A DNA stretch of 64,000 bases, from contig JAPNUP010000084.1 of NCBI GenBank assembly GCA_026627345.1, forward strand, positions 4,325 to 68,324. The letters run 5' to 3'. Position 1 is the first letter of the stretch; each line of letters begins with the position of its first letter. Made by a program: the position numbers and the translations under genes. This DNA is from Bacillota bacterium (GTDB lineage: Bacteria; Bacillota; Bacilli; Alicyclobacillales; SLC66). Shown here one piece after another: positions 9,389 through 18,548 of the stretch. The notes under the pieces were generated by a model. That model had not been told where the DNA came from. It made no database searches and worked only from the letters and a program-made list of their open reading frames with translations.

Positions 9389-10597
9389 GTGCGAGTCGAA
9401 GCATCCATTTTGCGCAAACTCAACGAGCGCCGGGTTCTAAACGCGATTCGGGTGGGGAAAACGGTCTCTCGTGCAGATATTCAACGCAAGTTGAGTATTA
9501 CAATGCCGACTGTGTCAAAAATTGTTGACGAACTGATCACGCAGGGTTGGGTCATGGAAGTAGGCACGGGTGATTTTACACTTGGTCGTCCGCCTGTGAT
9601 GCTGGAGATTAATCCGAGTTCAGCTGTTGCGATTGGTATCGACATTGGACGCTTCTGTATTCGCGTCGTGTCTGTCAACCTGCTTGCGCAGGTTATCGCG
9701 CAAAAAGAGACGAGTGTGGAGGACATTGGCACCGTGGACGAACTGTTGTCTCGTGTTGACCTCATGTTGGTCAGTATGGGTGTAGATCCGTCTGGGGTGC
9801 TTGGCATCGGTATCGCATCGCCTGGGTCGCGCAATCCTCACCCAGACTCGCCCCAGCGGCCTGGGACGCTCGATGAGCATATCGCTCACCGCTGGCATCG
9901 GGCGGCACTCGATGAATACTTTACGCGGCGTTACGGGGTTCCCTCGTGGATGGAAAATGATGCGAACGCTGCGGTGCTCGGTGAGATCTGGTTCGGTTCA
10001 GCACAGTCCTGTAACCATCTCGTCTTCGTCTTTGCAGACGAAGGGCTTGGGGCGGGCATTGCCGTCAATGGTTCGATCTACACAGGTGAAAGTAACGTCG
10101 CAGGTGAGTTTGCACACATGATTGTCAACCTCGATGGCGGTATCCAGTGTGAGTGCAAACGTCCTGGATGTTTAGGCGGTGTGGCGCATTTACGCGGCAT
10201 TCGCGAAGAGCTTCGGCAGTCGGGCATGGATCTTGAGGAGGAACTGTTCTCCGTTTTTGCCCGCGGTGCGAGTGGCCATGAGCCAGAATATTCCGTGATT
10301 TGTCGAGCGGTCGATTATCTGGCGATTGGGATTTTTAATCTGATACAAGTGATTGACCCGAGCCATGTCATCGTCGGTGGCGGTATGTTTCGCTTAGATC
10401 CATTTGTCCTCAAACGTCTGAATGAACGGGTACAAGAGTTGTGCTACCCCAAACGTATCCCCTTGCTCGAGAGTTCCTTTGGTGTAAACGCCGTGGCAGT
10501 AGGTGCGGCAACACTTGTCCTTCAGCACTTATACGATCATACGAAACTTGTGAATCTTACAGTAGAGCGTGTGGACGAGCCGCTGGTGCGGCTGTAG
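9389..10597 (+). CDS. ROK family transcriptional regulator (NagC/XylR-like)
   Basis: N-terminal wHTH (LNERRVLNAIRVGKTVSRADIQRKLSITMPTVSKIVDEL) followed by a ROK sugar-kinase-like body with a CxCGxxGC-type zinc motif (CECKRPGCLG). GTG 9389 follows AAGGGGGTGA. Confidence 0.85.
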   Translation: MRVEASILRKLNERRVLNAIRVGKTVSRADIQRKLSITMPTVSKIVDELITQGWVMEVGTGDFTLGRPPVMLEINPSSAVAIGIDIGRFCIRVVSVNLLAQVIAQKETSVEDIGTVDELLSRVDLMLVSMGVDPSGVLGIGIASPGSRNPHPDSPQRPGTLDEHIAHRWHRAALDEYFTRRYGVPSWMENDANAAVLGEIWFGSAQSCNHLVFVFADEGLGAGIAVNGSIYTGESNVAGEFAHMIVNLDGGIQCECKRPGCLGGVAHLRGIREELRQSGMDLEEELFSVFARGASGHEPEYSVICRAVDYLAIGIFNLIQVIDPSHVIVGGGMFRLDPFVLKRLNERVQELCYPKRIPLLESSFGVNAVAVGAATLVLQHLYDHTKLVNLTVERVDEPLVRL

Positions 10598-10651
10598 GTG
10601 AAATGCCAGGCGGGCCAGCGGCTCGCCTCTTGACTATCAAGGGGGGCTTGT

Positions 10652-11548
10652 ATGAGCACTGTCACTGATGCCGTGGCGTACGCCTCGAACCGTTCGTGGC
10701 GTCGATCGCGTCTGCGACGCGGCTTCGGACGGTTTGCCCGCGGTCCACTTTCTATCATCGGATTGATCTGGATCATTGTGCTGGTTGTCGTGGCGCTGTT
10801 CGCTCCTCAACTAGCCCCGTATCCCGTTGCGGGCGATATTCTCGTCGTCAATGAGGCACCGAGTCTCGCTCACTGGTTTGGGACCAACAACGTCGGTCAA
10901 GACATGCTGACGCTCTGTATGTACGGCGTGCGGTACACGCTGACGATCGCGGCAGGTGCGACGATCCTTTCTTTTTGCATAGGCGTCTTTGTAGGTATGA
11001 TGGCCGGTCTGCAAGGCGGTTGGCTCGATCAGGTGTTGATGCGGTTCACTGATTTTATGTACTCTTTCCCTTCATTTGTGCTGGCGATCACCGTCATCGA
11101 GTTTACAGGTCAAGGGATCGTCTCCGTGATCGTCATGCTCGGCCTCACGCAGTGGGCTGGCTTCGCCAGGTTATCGCGCGGTATGACGCTCACCTTGCGC
11201 AATTCCGAGTTGGTCGAATCGGGACGAGCGATCGGAGCTTCCCGGGCTTTTGTCATTCGCCATTATGTTTTTCCTCATGTATGGAGCAGTATCAGCGTGT
11301 ACACCGCATTTTTTCTAGTGAATATCATCACACAAGACGGCATGCTGGGCCTGTTTTACAATGTGGGGCCGCAACCCCCTAATATTAGCTTTGGCTCGCT
11401 GCTACTGCTCAACACGCCTGATGTGCTCGGGTTTCCTTGGTTACTCACCATGCCCGTTCTCGTTTTTGTGAGCATTCTCGTCTCACTGATCGTCGTGGGT
11501 GAAGGTCTGCAAACGATGCTCAGTCCGAAAGGGTCGGTGAATCTGTGA
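10652..11548 (+). CDS. ABC transporter permease (OppC/DppC type), second set
   Basis: 298 aa, GTNNVGQDMLT motif, multi-TM. AAGGGGGG RBS. Confidence 0.88.
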   Translation: MSTVTDAVAYASNRSWRRSRLRRGFGRFARGPLSIIGLIWIIVLVVVALFAPQLAPYPVAGDILVVNEAPSLAHWFGTNNVGQDMLTLCMYGVRYTLTIAAGATILSFCIGVFVGMMAGLQGGWLDQVLMRFTDFMYSFPSFVLAITVIEFTGQGIVSVIVMLGLTQWAGFARLSRGMTLTLRNSELVESGRAIGASRAFVIRHYVFPHVWSSISVYTAFFLVNIITQDGMLGLFYNVGPQPPNISFGSLLLLNTPDVLGFPWLLTMPVLVFVSILVSLIVVGEGLQTMLSPKGSVNL

Positions 11549-12528
11549 GTGGAGCGCTTCAGGTCAAGAATTTGCACGTGCGTTTTCGGCGGCCGGAAGG
11601 AGTGATTCACGCAGTCAATGGTGTCTCCTTTGAGGTCGCTTCGGGTGAGTGGTTAGGCATCTTGGGCGAGAGCGGATCAGGCAAGTCGGTGACGATGCTC
11701 GCTTTACTTGGTCTGCAAAGCGAGAGTGCCTTCGTGGCTCAAGGTGAAGCGCTGTTTGGGGATCGCGATCTGCTCAAGCTTAGTGAGCGAAAGCTGCAAA
11801 GTGTGCGCGGTCGGGAGATTGGCATGATCTTTCAAAGTTTGTCGGCTGGTCTCAATCCTTACATCCGAATCGGTGATCAGGTGATGGAGCCGATGCTCCA
11901 GCACGCCTTGTGTCGCAAACCGGAAGCGCGCAGACGGGCTCTCGCCTTGCTGTCAGAAGTGGGCTTAGCTGATCCGGAAACGCAATTCAGGCGGTATCCG
12001 TTTGAACTCTCAGGCGGTATGCGCCAGCGCGTGATGACAGCAGTGGCGCTGGCTTGTCAACCGCAGTTGCTGATCGCTGATGAGCCGACGACGGCCCTCG
12101 ATACGACGATTGCCATCCAGGTGCTTCGAATGCTGCGCGATATTTGTGAAAAGCGTCAAATGACGACCGTCATGGTGACACACGATCTCGGCGTCGCCAC
12201 TAATGTATGCGACAGGATCATCGTCATGTACGGCGGTATGGTCATGGAGACGGCAGACGTAGATGCCTTCGTCGCGCGCGCAGCCCATCCCTATACGCGA
12301 GGACTCAAGGAGGCGCTGGTGGATCATCGCGATCGCGGTCGACCTTTGCGACCGATTCCAGGAGCGGCCGAGACTTTGTGGGAGGCGCCGCGCGGGTGTC
12401 CCTTCGCGCCGCGTTGTTCGCTCGCCGATGAGCGTTGTGATCGCGAGATACCGAATCTGATCGCGCTCGGTGAGGGCCATGAGGCTGCTTGTCACCGCTT
12501 GGAAGAGGGGATGTCCGATGTCGGTTGA
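11545..12528 (+). CDS. ABC transporter ATP-binding protein (OppD type), second set
   Basis: [28 protein letters not shown]. 4-nt overlap with the upstream permease. Confidence 0.88.
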   Translation: MSGALQVKNLHVRFRRPEGVIHAVNGVSFEVASGEWLGILGESGSGKSVTMLALLGLQSESAFVAQGEALFGDRDLLKLSERKLQSVRGREIGMIFQSLSAGLNPYIRIGDQVMEPMLQHALCRKPEARRRALALLSEVGLADPETQFRRYPFELSGGMRQRVMTAVALACQPQLLIADEPTTALDTTIAIQVLRMLRDICEKRQMTTVMVTHDLGVATNVCDRIIVMYGGMVMETADVDAFVARAAHPYTRGLKEALVDHRDRGRPLRPIPGAAETLWEAPRGCPFAPRCSLADERCDREIPNLIALGEGHEAACHRLEEGMSDVG

Positions 12529-13486
12529 GCCGCTACTCGAAGTCACGCACCTGAGTAAATCGTTTCGCGTTCACGGGCAGACGCTACAGGCGGTGCGCGA
12601 TGTCTCGTTCACCCTCGCTGCCGGAGAGACACTAGGATTGGTAGGCGAAAGCGGTTCAGGCAAGTCTACGCTGGGCCGCTCCTTGCTTTGGCTTTTACCG
12701 CCAGAAACAGGCGACGTACGGTTTGCCGGTGAGCGTTTGCGAACGTTGTCCAAGCAGGCTTTGCGATCTCGGCGCAAGGATATGCAGATCGTTTTTCAGG
12801 ACCCTGTGTCAGCGCTAAATCCGCGCGCCAATGTATTTCGCAATATTGAGGAACCACTTCTGGTGCACCGGATGGGAACGGCGAGAGAACGACGCCAGGA
12901 GGTCGCTCGTTTGCTTTCGCAAGTCGGCCTGCAAGAGGCGCATGGTCTGGCATACCCCTTTGAATTGTCAGGAGGTCAACAGCAGCGGGTCATGATCGCA
13001 CGCGCCTTGGCTTTGCAGCCAAAGCTCGTGGTATGCGACGAGATGCTTTCTGCGCTGGATATGTCTGTGCAGACGCAGATGATGGCACTACTGCAGCAGT
13101 TGCAGCAAGAGCATCATCTGGCTTACGTGTTTATCTCCCATAACTTATCGGCTGTCGGTTATTTAAGCAGTCATATCGCAGTCATGTATCTCGGTAAGAT
13201 CGTTGAGTATGCTCCGACGGAGCAACTCGTCGCGTCTCCTGTTCATCCCTATACGGCGACACTTTTTCAATCGATTTTACACATTCCGGAGTCGAAGGCG
13301 GCGCGCTCTGCGCTCACCACCTTGCCAGGCGAAATTCCGTCACCGGTAAAAGTGCCTATGGGGTGCGCATTTCACACACGCTGCCCGCATGTGCAAGATG
13401 TGTGCCGCACGCAGGAGCCACCTAGCATTCAGGTTGCACAAGGTCACTTTGTCGCCTGTCACTTGGCCAAAGGAGATTTCGCGTGA
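12518..13486 (+). CDS. ABC transporter ATP-binding protein (OppF type), second set
   Basis: [39 protein letters not shown] 12518 (MSVEPLLEVTHLSKSF) is preferred over track start 12470. Confidence 0.88.
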   Translation: MSVEPLLEVTHLSKSFRVHGQTLQAVRDVSFTLAAGETLGLVGESGSGKSTLGRSLLWLLPPETGDVRFAGERLRTLSKQALRSRRKDMQIVFQDPVSALNPRANVFRNIEEPLLVHRMGTARERRQEVARLLSQVGLQEAHGLAYPFELSGGQQQRVMIARALALQPKLVVCDEMLSALDMSVQTQMMALLQQLQQEHHLAYVFISHNLSAVGYLSSHIAVMYLGKIVEYAPTEQLVASPVHPYTATLFQSILHIPESKAARSALTTLPGEIPSPVKVPMGCAFHTRCPHVQDVCRTQEPPSIQVAQGHFVACHLAKGDFA

Positions 13487-14391
13487 TGAAGACAGCCCGC
13501 TATGCGCTGACTCGACTGCTCGGTATGATCTTGGTGCTGGCCATTGTGCCCACGGTGCCCGCGATCCTTTCTTTCTTTGCCCCCCACAGTGGAAACGCAG
13601 GGCTGCAACAAGTTACTTTCGCGCAGCGTTTGCCGGGGCTTTTCAGTGCGATTACGGGCGCCTGGCAACAAGTGCTCCAGATCCTGCCCATCCCTCCCGC
13701 CAACATTTTGTCAGGACTTGGGGTCTCGCTCTTTCTCGTTCTGATGTCTATCATTCTGGGCGCTGTCATCGGCATGCCGCTCGGGATCTATGCGGCTGTC
13801 AAGAGAAAGCTTTGGTTTAGCCACATCGGGCCGCTCGGAGGGTTGGTCGCCCAGTCCCTGCCGACTTTTTTGGTCGCCTCTCTTTTGCAACTGCAGTTCG
13901 CAGATATCTGGCACGTTCTCCCTATCGGGGGATGGCAGTCGCCGCAAAGTGCCATTTTGCCCGTCGTGTCCCTGGCCGCAGGCAATGTCGGATATCTGGC
14001 GAAGTTCACGCAGGCAGGGATGACCGAGGTATTGCAGCAAGACTTTATCGTCAGTGCCAAGGCGCGCGGGTTGCCTGGCTGGAAAGTGATCGTGCGTCAT
14101 GCGCTACGCCCAGCGAGTCTGTCGACAGTGACGTTTTTCGGGCCGCAAGCTGCGATGCTGATCAACAACACGCTACTACTCCAAGCGATCTTTCAGATTC
14201 CCGGGCTGTCTGGGGCGCTTGGTGAGCAGATGTCGGTAACGCCCCAAGGCGGAGGCATTCAAGGGGTGGCCACGCCATTCGGCACTAGCGGCGATACGGT
14301 CCTGGTGTTCTTTCTGTTGGCTTTCGTCATTCTCTTTATCAACCTGCTCATCGATCTGTTGTACCGGCTACTGAATCCGCGTGCAGTTTGA
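13483..14391 (+). CDS. ABC transporter permease (OppB type), second set
   Basis: 302 aa, multi-TM, with an EAA-like loop (FIVSAKARGLPGWKVIVRHALRPA). AAAGGAG upstream. Overlaps the upstream stop. Confidence 0.85.
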   Translation: MMKTARYALTRLLGMILVLAIVPTVPAILSFFAPHSGNAGLQQVTFAQRLPGLFSAITGAWQQVLQILPIPPANILSGLGVSLFLVLMSIILGAVIGMPLGIYAAVKRKLWFSHIGPLGGLVAQSLPTFLVASLLQLQFADIWHVLPIGGWQSPQSAILPVVSLAAGNVGYLAKFTQAGMTEVLQQDFIVSAKARGLPGWKVIVRHALRPASLSTVTFFGPQAAMLINNTLLLQAIFQIPGLSGALGEQMSVTPQGGGIQGVATPFGTSGDTVLVFFLLAFVILFINLLIDLLYRLLNPRAV

Positions 14392-14433
14392 CATTTGAAC
14401 GGATGCTACTTTTTCAAAGGGAGGGATGATGTG

Positions 14434-15840
14434 ATGAAAGAGGCGCGCAAATTTCTTGGTTTGGTGCCCGCTGTGGTTGTCGCAGCGTTGATCGCGACTG
14501 CTGTGCCGACAGCATGGGCGGCCTCTCCCGCAACAGTTATGAGTGCACGGACGAGCGTGCAGTGGAGGGCACTACAACAGTCGATCGCTGGTTTCGGGGC
14601 ATCGGGGGCTTTCGGGCAAGCGGCTAATCTCATGTTTATGCCGCCGCAAACGCAGACTAAAATTCTCAATCTTTTGTTTTCCACGAAAGATGGTGCTGGA
14701 CTATCCATTGTGCGCAGTCTGATCAATGACGGTGTGGACGGACAGTCGATCGAACCGAGTCCAGGCCACTGGGATTTCAATCTCAGCGGTGATGACCAAA
14801 TTTGGCTCATGCACCAGGCGCAAAAGTATGGGGTGGAAACATTCATGAGTACACCTTGGAGTCCACCTGCCTGGATGAAAGCCAACCACTCTGTAGTGGG
14901 CGGTCCCGGTGAAACAGACAACGTGCTGTTGCCCAAGTACTACCACGCCTACGCAGAGTACCTTGCGCAGTACGTGAATGGCTACTGGTCTCATTTTCAC
15001 ATCCGCATCAGTGCGCTGTCGCTACAAAATGAACCAGATCAAAACGTCAAATACGCCTCGTGTATATGGACACCAGATCAGTTTCATACGTTTATTAAAC
15101 AGGATTTGATCCCCGTGTTTGCCGCTAACCATGTACATACGCAAGTGGTGATGCCGGAACAGTCGTTTTGGGGTGAACAGTATGCGTGGCCCACACTAAG
15201 TGATCCGCAGACGGCAAGGGCTGTGCAAATCGTCGCGGCACACGGGTATGGAGGTACGATCACGCCTTTGTCCATGGCCCAATCACTGCATAAGCAAGTC
15301 TGGGAAACAGAGGACTCTACTTTTACACCAGACGATTCTTCGATCACGGACGGACTGAACTGGGCGATCACGATCAATCAGTATCTGACCATTGCCGACG
15401 TAAGCGCATGGAATTACTGGTGGCTGGTCAACAGTGGCGTGGATAATGAAGGGCTTATCAACATCAACACGTTTAATGACTCCTATACGGTCAATAAAAG
15501 ACTGTACACGCTGGGCAATTTCAGCCGCTTTATTCGCCCTAGATTCAATCGGATCAGCACGTCATCTGACCTGCCGGCGGGCGTCTCGCTCTCAGCGTAC
15601 CGCGACGTCAAGACGGGCGACTTCGCGCTCGTGGTGATCAACGATACGGCTCATCGGATACCATTTAGCGCCCATTTCACAGACGGATTCGTCTGGTCCG
15701 GGCATGTGCCTACTGTCATTCCCTACACGACGTCGGCGACTGAAAACCTGCAAGCAGGTCCTAGCCTCAGTTTGCCTGGCGGTGTACTGCAGACTTCGTT
15801 GCCGCCTGATAGCGTAACGACTTACGCAGGCCACTCCTAA
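14434..15840 (+). CDS. secreted glycoside hydrolase family 30 enzyme (beta-1,6-glucanase / glucuronoxylanase / glucosylceramidase-like)
   Basis: Signal peptide ending AWA-A. GFGASGAF motif, acid/base NEP (LSLQNEPDQ) and nucleophile WETE (QVWETEDS). RBS AAGGGAGGG. Confidence 0.8.
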   Translation: MKEARKFLGLVPAVVVAALIATAVPTAWAASPATVMSARTSVQWRALQQSIAGFGASGAFGQAANLMFMPPQTQTKILNLLFSTKDGAGLSIVRSLINDGVDGQSIEPSPGHWDFNLSGDDQIWLMHQAQKYGVETFMSTPWSPPAWMKANHSVVGGPGETDNVLLPKYYHAYAEYLAQYVNGYWSHFHIRISALSLQNEPDQNVKYASCIWTPDQFHTFIKQDLIPVFAANHVHTQVVMPEQSFWGEQYAWPTLSDPQTARAVQIVAAHGYGGTITPLSMAQSLHKQVWETEDSTFTPDDSSITDGLNWAITINQYLTIADVSAWNYWWLVNSGVDNEGLININTFNDSYTVNKRLYTLGNFSRFIRPRFNRISTSSDLPAGVSLSAYRDVKTGDFALVVINDTAHRIPFSAHFTDGFVWSGHVPTVIPYTTSATENLQAGPSLSLPGGVLQTSLPPDSVTTYAGHS

Positions 15841-16010
15841 CACCAGACAGGCCGTGAGTGTCAACCAGTATACAGATTCGCGTAAAACGAGACGCAGTGT
15901 ACTTGGTGATGTGCACTTTTGCGGAGTCCACCAGGATCCTTTTCGGACGATGGTGGGCTGCTGTTTTTACGAGTATAGTAGAGAGTACATAGGAAAGGGG
16001 TCATGACTGT

Positions 16011-17822
16011 ATGGCGAAGCTTTATCCGCAGATACCCGTGGAGCGTTATATGGAGATCAGGTCGGCCCATGGGGCGGTTTTTGGTCACGACGACAGCGCA
16101 GTGTATTTTCAATCCAACCTGTCAGGCACGCCGCAGGTGTGGCGAATCGACGAACGGGCCCCTTGGCCGCGGCAGATCAGTTTCTTCGCTGATCGAGTGA
16201 TGGGTGTCTCGTCTTCTCCGACACAGGACTTGCTGGCGGTATCTCTCGATTCGGGAGGTAACGAGCGCGCGCAGATCCATCTTATGGACGCCGAAGGGTT
16301 ACACGTGCAAGACATCACGGGCGATCCCGCCCACATCTATCAATTCGGAGGCTGGTCGCATGACGGGCGGATGCTTTGCTATGCCTCGAATAAACGCGAT
16401 GGCACACATTTTGATGTCTATCTCTATGAACTAGCCACCCAAACCCACCGCCTAGTCCATCAGAGTGACGCGACCAATTACGCGCACGGGTTTACGCCGG
16501 ATGACGCGGCGATCGTCCTTTCGCGCCATTATGCGGCTTTGAGCAACGATCTATTTTTGGTAGACTGCCATACTGGCGAAGCTCGCTGTCTGACAACACA
16601 TGAGGGAGTAGCTCGCTTTGGAAACGCCCGCTTTACGCGCGACGGACGATACGTCTATCTGGCCAGCGATGATGCGAGCGAGTACACACGGTTGATGCGC
16701 ATCGATCGGTTGACTGCAGAGCGCGTCTGGCTTACCGATGATCAGTGGGATGTCAGCGGGGTCAGTCTGTCTCACGACGATCGCTATCTGGCGTACAGTC
16801 GCAATGAGAACGGATCGTCGCAGCTGTACGTGAAAGACTTGTCCCTCGGTGCAGATGCATCACATGCGGTCGATGGACTGCCCGCGCTACCAGAAGGCAC
16901 GGTGCATGGCCACTTCAATCGGCATGGCTATACGCTCGGTTTGACGGTCAGCAGCCCCGTCTGGGCAAACGAAGTGTGGCTACTCGATATAGCGACGCAA
17001 AGACTGACCCGCGCCACGTATGCCTCGATTTCGGCGGTCCCGCAAGAGACCTTCGTCGCCGGGGAACTAATCTCCTACCCGTCTTTTGATGGTCGCATGA
17101 TTCCAGCGTATTACTATCGGCCGAAAGAAGGCGCCGGGCCATTTCCGGTGATCGTCGATGTCCATGGTGGACCAGAGGGGCAAAGTGTCAACTCGTTTGC
17201 CAGTCTCACGCAGTACTTCGTGCAGCGGGGATACGCGGTGCTAAAACCGAATGTACGCGGCAGTTCCGGATATGGACGGACGTATCTGCACCTCGATGAT
17301 GTGCGCAAACGCATGGATTCCGTAGCGGATCTCGCCTATGCGGTGGACTGGCTCAAAGAGCACGGCAACGCGCGTCCAGACGCGATCGCGGTCATGGGTG
17401 GCAGTTACGGGGGATTCATGGTCCTCGCCGCGGTAACGCACTACCCGGATCTCTTTGCAGCTGGGATTGATATCGTAGGTATCGCGAATCTGCGCACTTT
17501 TATGGCGCACACGAGTGCATACCGCCGACATCTGCGTGAGTCGGAATATGGGTCGATTGAGCAAGATGGGGAATTCTTTGACGAGATCTCACCGATTCAT
17601 CATGTCGATCGCATCAAAGCGCCTATGTTTATCGTGCACGGGGCGAACGACCCGCGGGTTCCCGTAGGAGAAGCAGAACAAATGGTGGCGGCGCTACGTT
17701 CGCGCAACCATCCGGTGGAGTATCTACGCTTTGAGGATGAGGGGCATGGCGTGGCTAAACTGAGCAATCGGATCAGAGCGTATACGCAGATCGCGGACTT
17801 TCTCGACCGCGTGCTGCGCTAG
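16011..17822 (+). CDS. S9 family peptidase (prolyl oligopeptidase / acylaminoacyl-peptidase)
   Basis: 603 aa. Beta-propeller-like N-half and an alpha/beta hydrolase C-half with GGSYGGFM (GxSxGG) and the distal D/H region (HGANDPRV...EGHG). Confidence 0.88.
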   Translation: MAKLYPQIPVERYMEIRSAHGAVFGHDDSAVYFQSNLSGTPQVWRIDERAPWPRQISFFADRVMGVSSSPTQDLLAVSLDSGGNERAQIHLMDAEGLHVQDITGDPAHIYQFGGWSHDGRMLCYASNKRDGTHFDVYLYELATQTHRLVHQSDATNYAHGFTPDDAAIVLSRHYAALSNDLFLVDCHTGEARCLTTHEGVARFGNARFTRDGRYVYLASDDASEYTRLMRIDRLTAERVWLTDDQWDVSGVSLSHDDRYLAYSRNENGSSQLYVKDLSLGADASHAVDGLPALPEGTVHGHFNRHGYTLGLTVSSPVWANEVWLLDIATQRLTRATYASISAVPQETFVAGELISYPSFDGRMIPAYYYRPKEGAGPFPVIVDVHGGPEGQSVNSFASLTQYFVQRGYAVLKPNVRGSSGYGRTYLHLDDVRKRMDSVADLAYAVDWLKEHGNARPDAIAVMGGSYGGFMVLAAVTHYPDLFAAGIDIVGIANLRTFMAHTSAYRRHLRESEYGSIEQDGEFFDEISPIHHVDRIKAPMFIVHGANDPRVPVGEAEQMVAALRSRNHPVEYLRFEDEGHGVAKLSNRIRAYTQIADFLDRVLR

Positions 17823-17829
17823 TCGTTCA

Positions 17830-17870
17830 GGGAGAGCTGTCGCATTGCCGAGGGCTCTCCCAAATCTTTT
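17830..17870. terminator. hairpin terminator between convergent genes
   Basis: GGGAGAGC (17830-17837) pairs with GCUCUCCC (17854-17861) and is followed by AAATCTTTT. Confidence 0.5.
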
Positions 17871-17881
17871 AACGGCGTCGC

Positions 17882-18382
17882 CTACAAAGACAGCACGCGG
17901 TGGACAATCGTACGCACGACATCGCCGCGGCTGACAATACCGACTAAGACGTCTTTGCGAACCACCGGCACCTTCTTGATATTCTCCTTAGCCAACATCT
18001 GCACGACGTCCGCTAGTTCACTGTCCTCGTGGATGGTGCGGACTGAGTGCCCACCTACCTCCAAAGCACTCGTTGTGCTGGCAGCCTCCACTTGTTCACG
18101 AAATTCATCGGGGCTGATGTTGCCGCCTGACGCAGCATCCTCGATATTGACACCATAGTAGTAGGTCAGTGCGTCGACGAATGGATGGCGGCCAATCGGA
18201 ACGCGTGTGGCCAGGTGCCGCATAATGTCGCCATCACTGATATAGCCGATCACGTGATCGGACTCGTCGACGATCGGGACACCACTGATGCGCCGCTCAC
18301 TGAACAGTTCTAGCACCGCTTTGACCGTCGCGTCCCGCCGGACTTTATAGACATCCTGAATCATCACGTCTTTCACTTTCAT
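17882..18382 (-). CDS. CBS domain-containing protein
   Basis: 166 aa with a tandem CBS pair (VMIQDVYKV...GVPIVD; ...KVPVVRKDVLVGIVSRGDV). AAGGAGG RBS. Confidence 0.85.
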   Translation of the reverse strand: MKVKDVMIQDVYKVRRDATVKAVLELFSERRISGVPIVDESDHVIGYISDGDIMRHLATRVPIGRHPFVDALTYYYGVNIEDAASGGNISPDEFREQVEAASTTSALEVGGHSVRTIHEDSELADVVQMLAKENIKKVPVVRKDVLVGIVSRGDVVRTIVHRVLSL

Positions 18383-18548
18383 CGCCGTATTCCTCCTTGA
18401 TGATAGGATTCTTGTTTCATTTTACACTTTCCGGCGTCGCCGTAAAATAGGGTGTTTTCTGCGGCAGGATTTGCCTTTGTTCGTGTGAACGTGCTTTAAT
18501 GACAGCAATATGATTGCGCTTCTTGCGCCTGAAGGATGGATAGACACT

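Noticed and set aside
18383-18548. T-box leader upstream of glnS
   Set aside because: The leader is too short, and no specifier-loop, T-box sequence or terminator/antiterminator architecture is visible.
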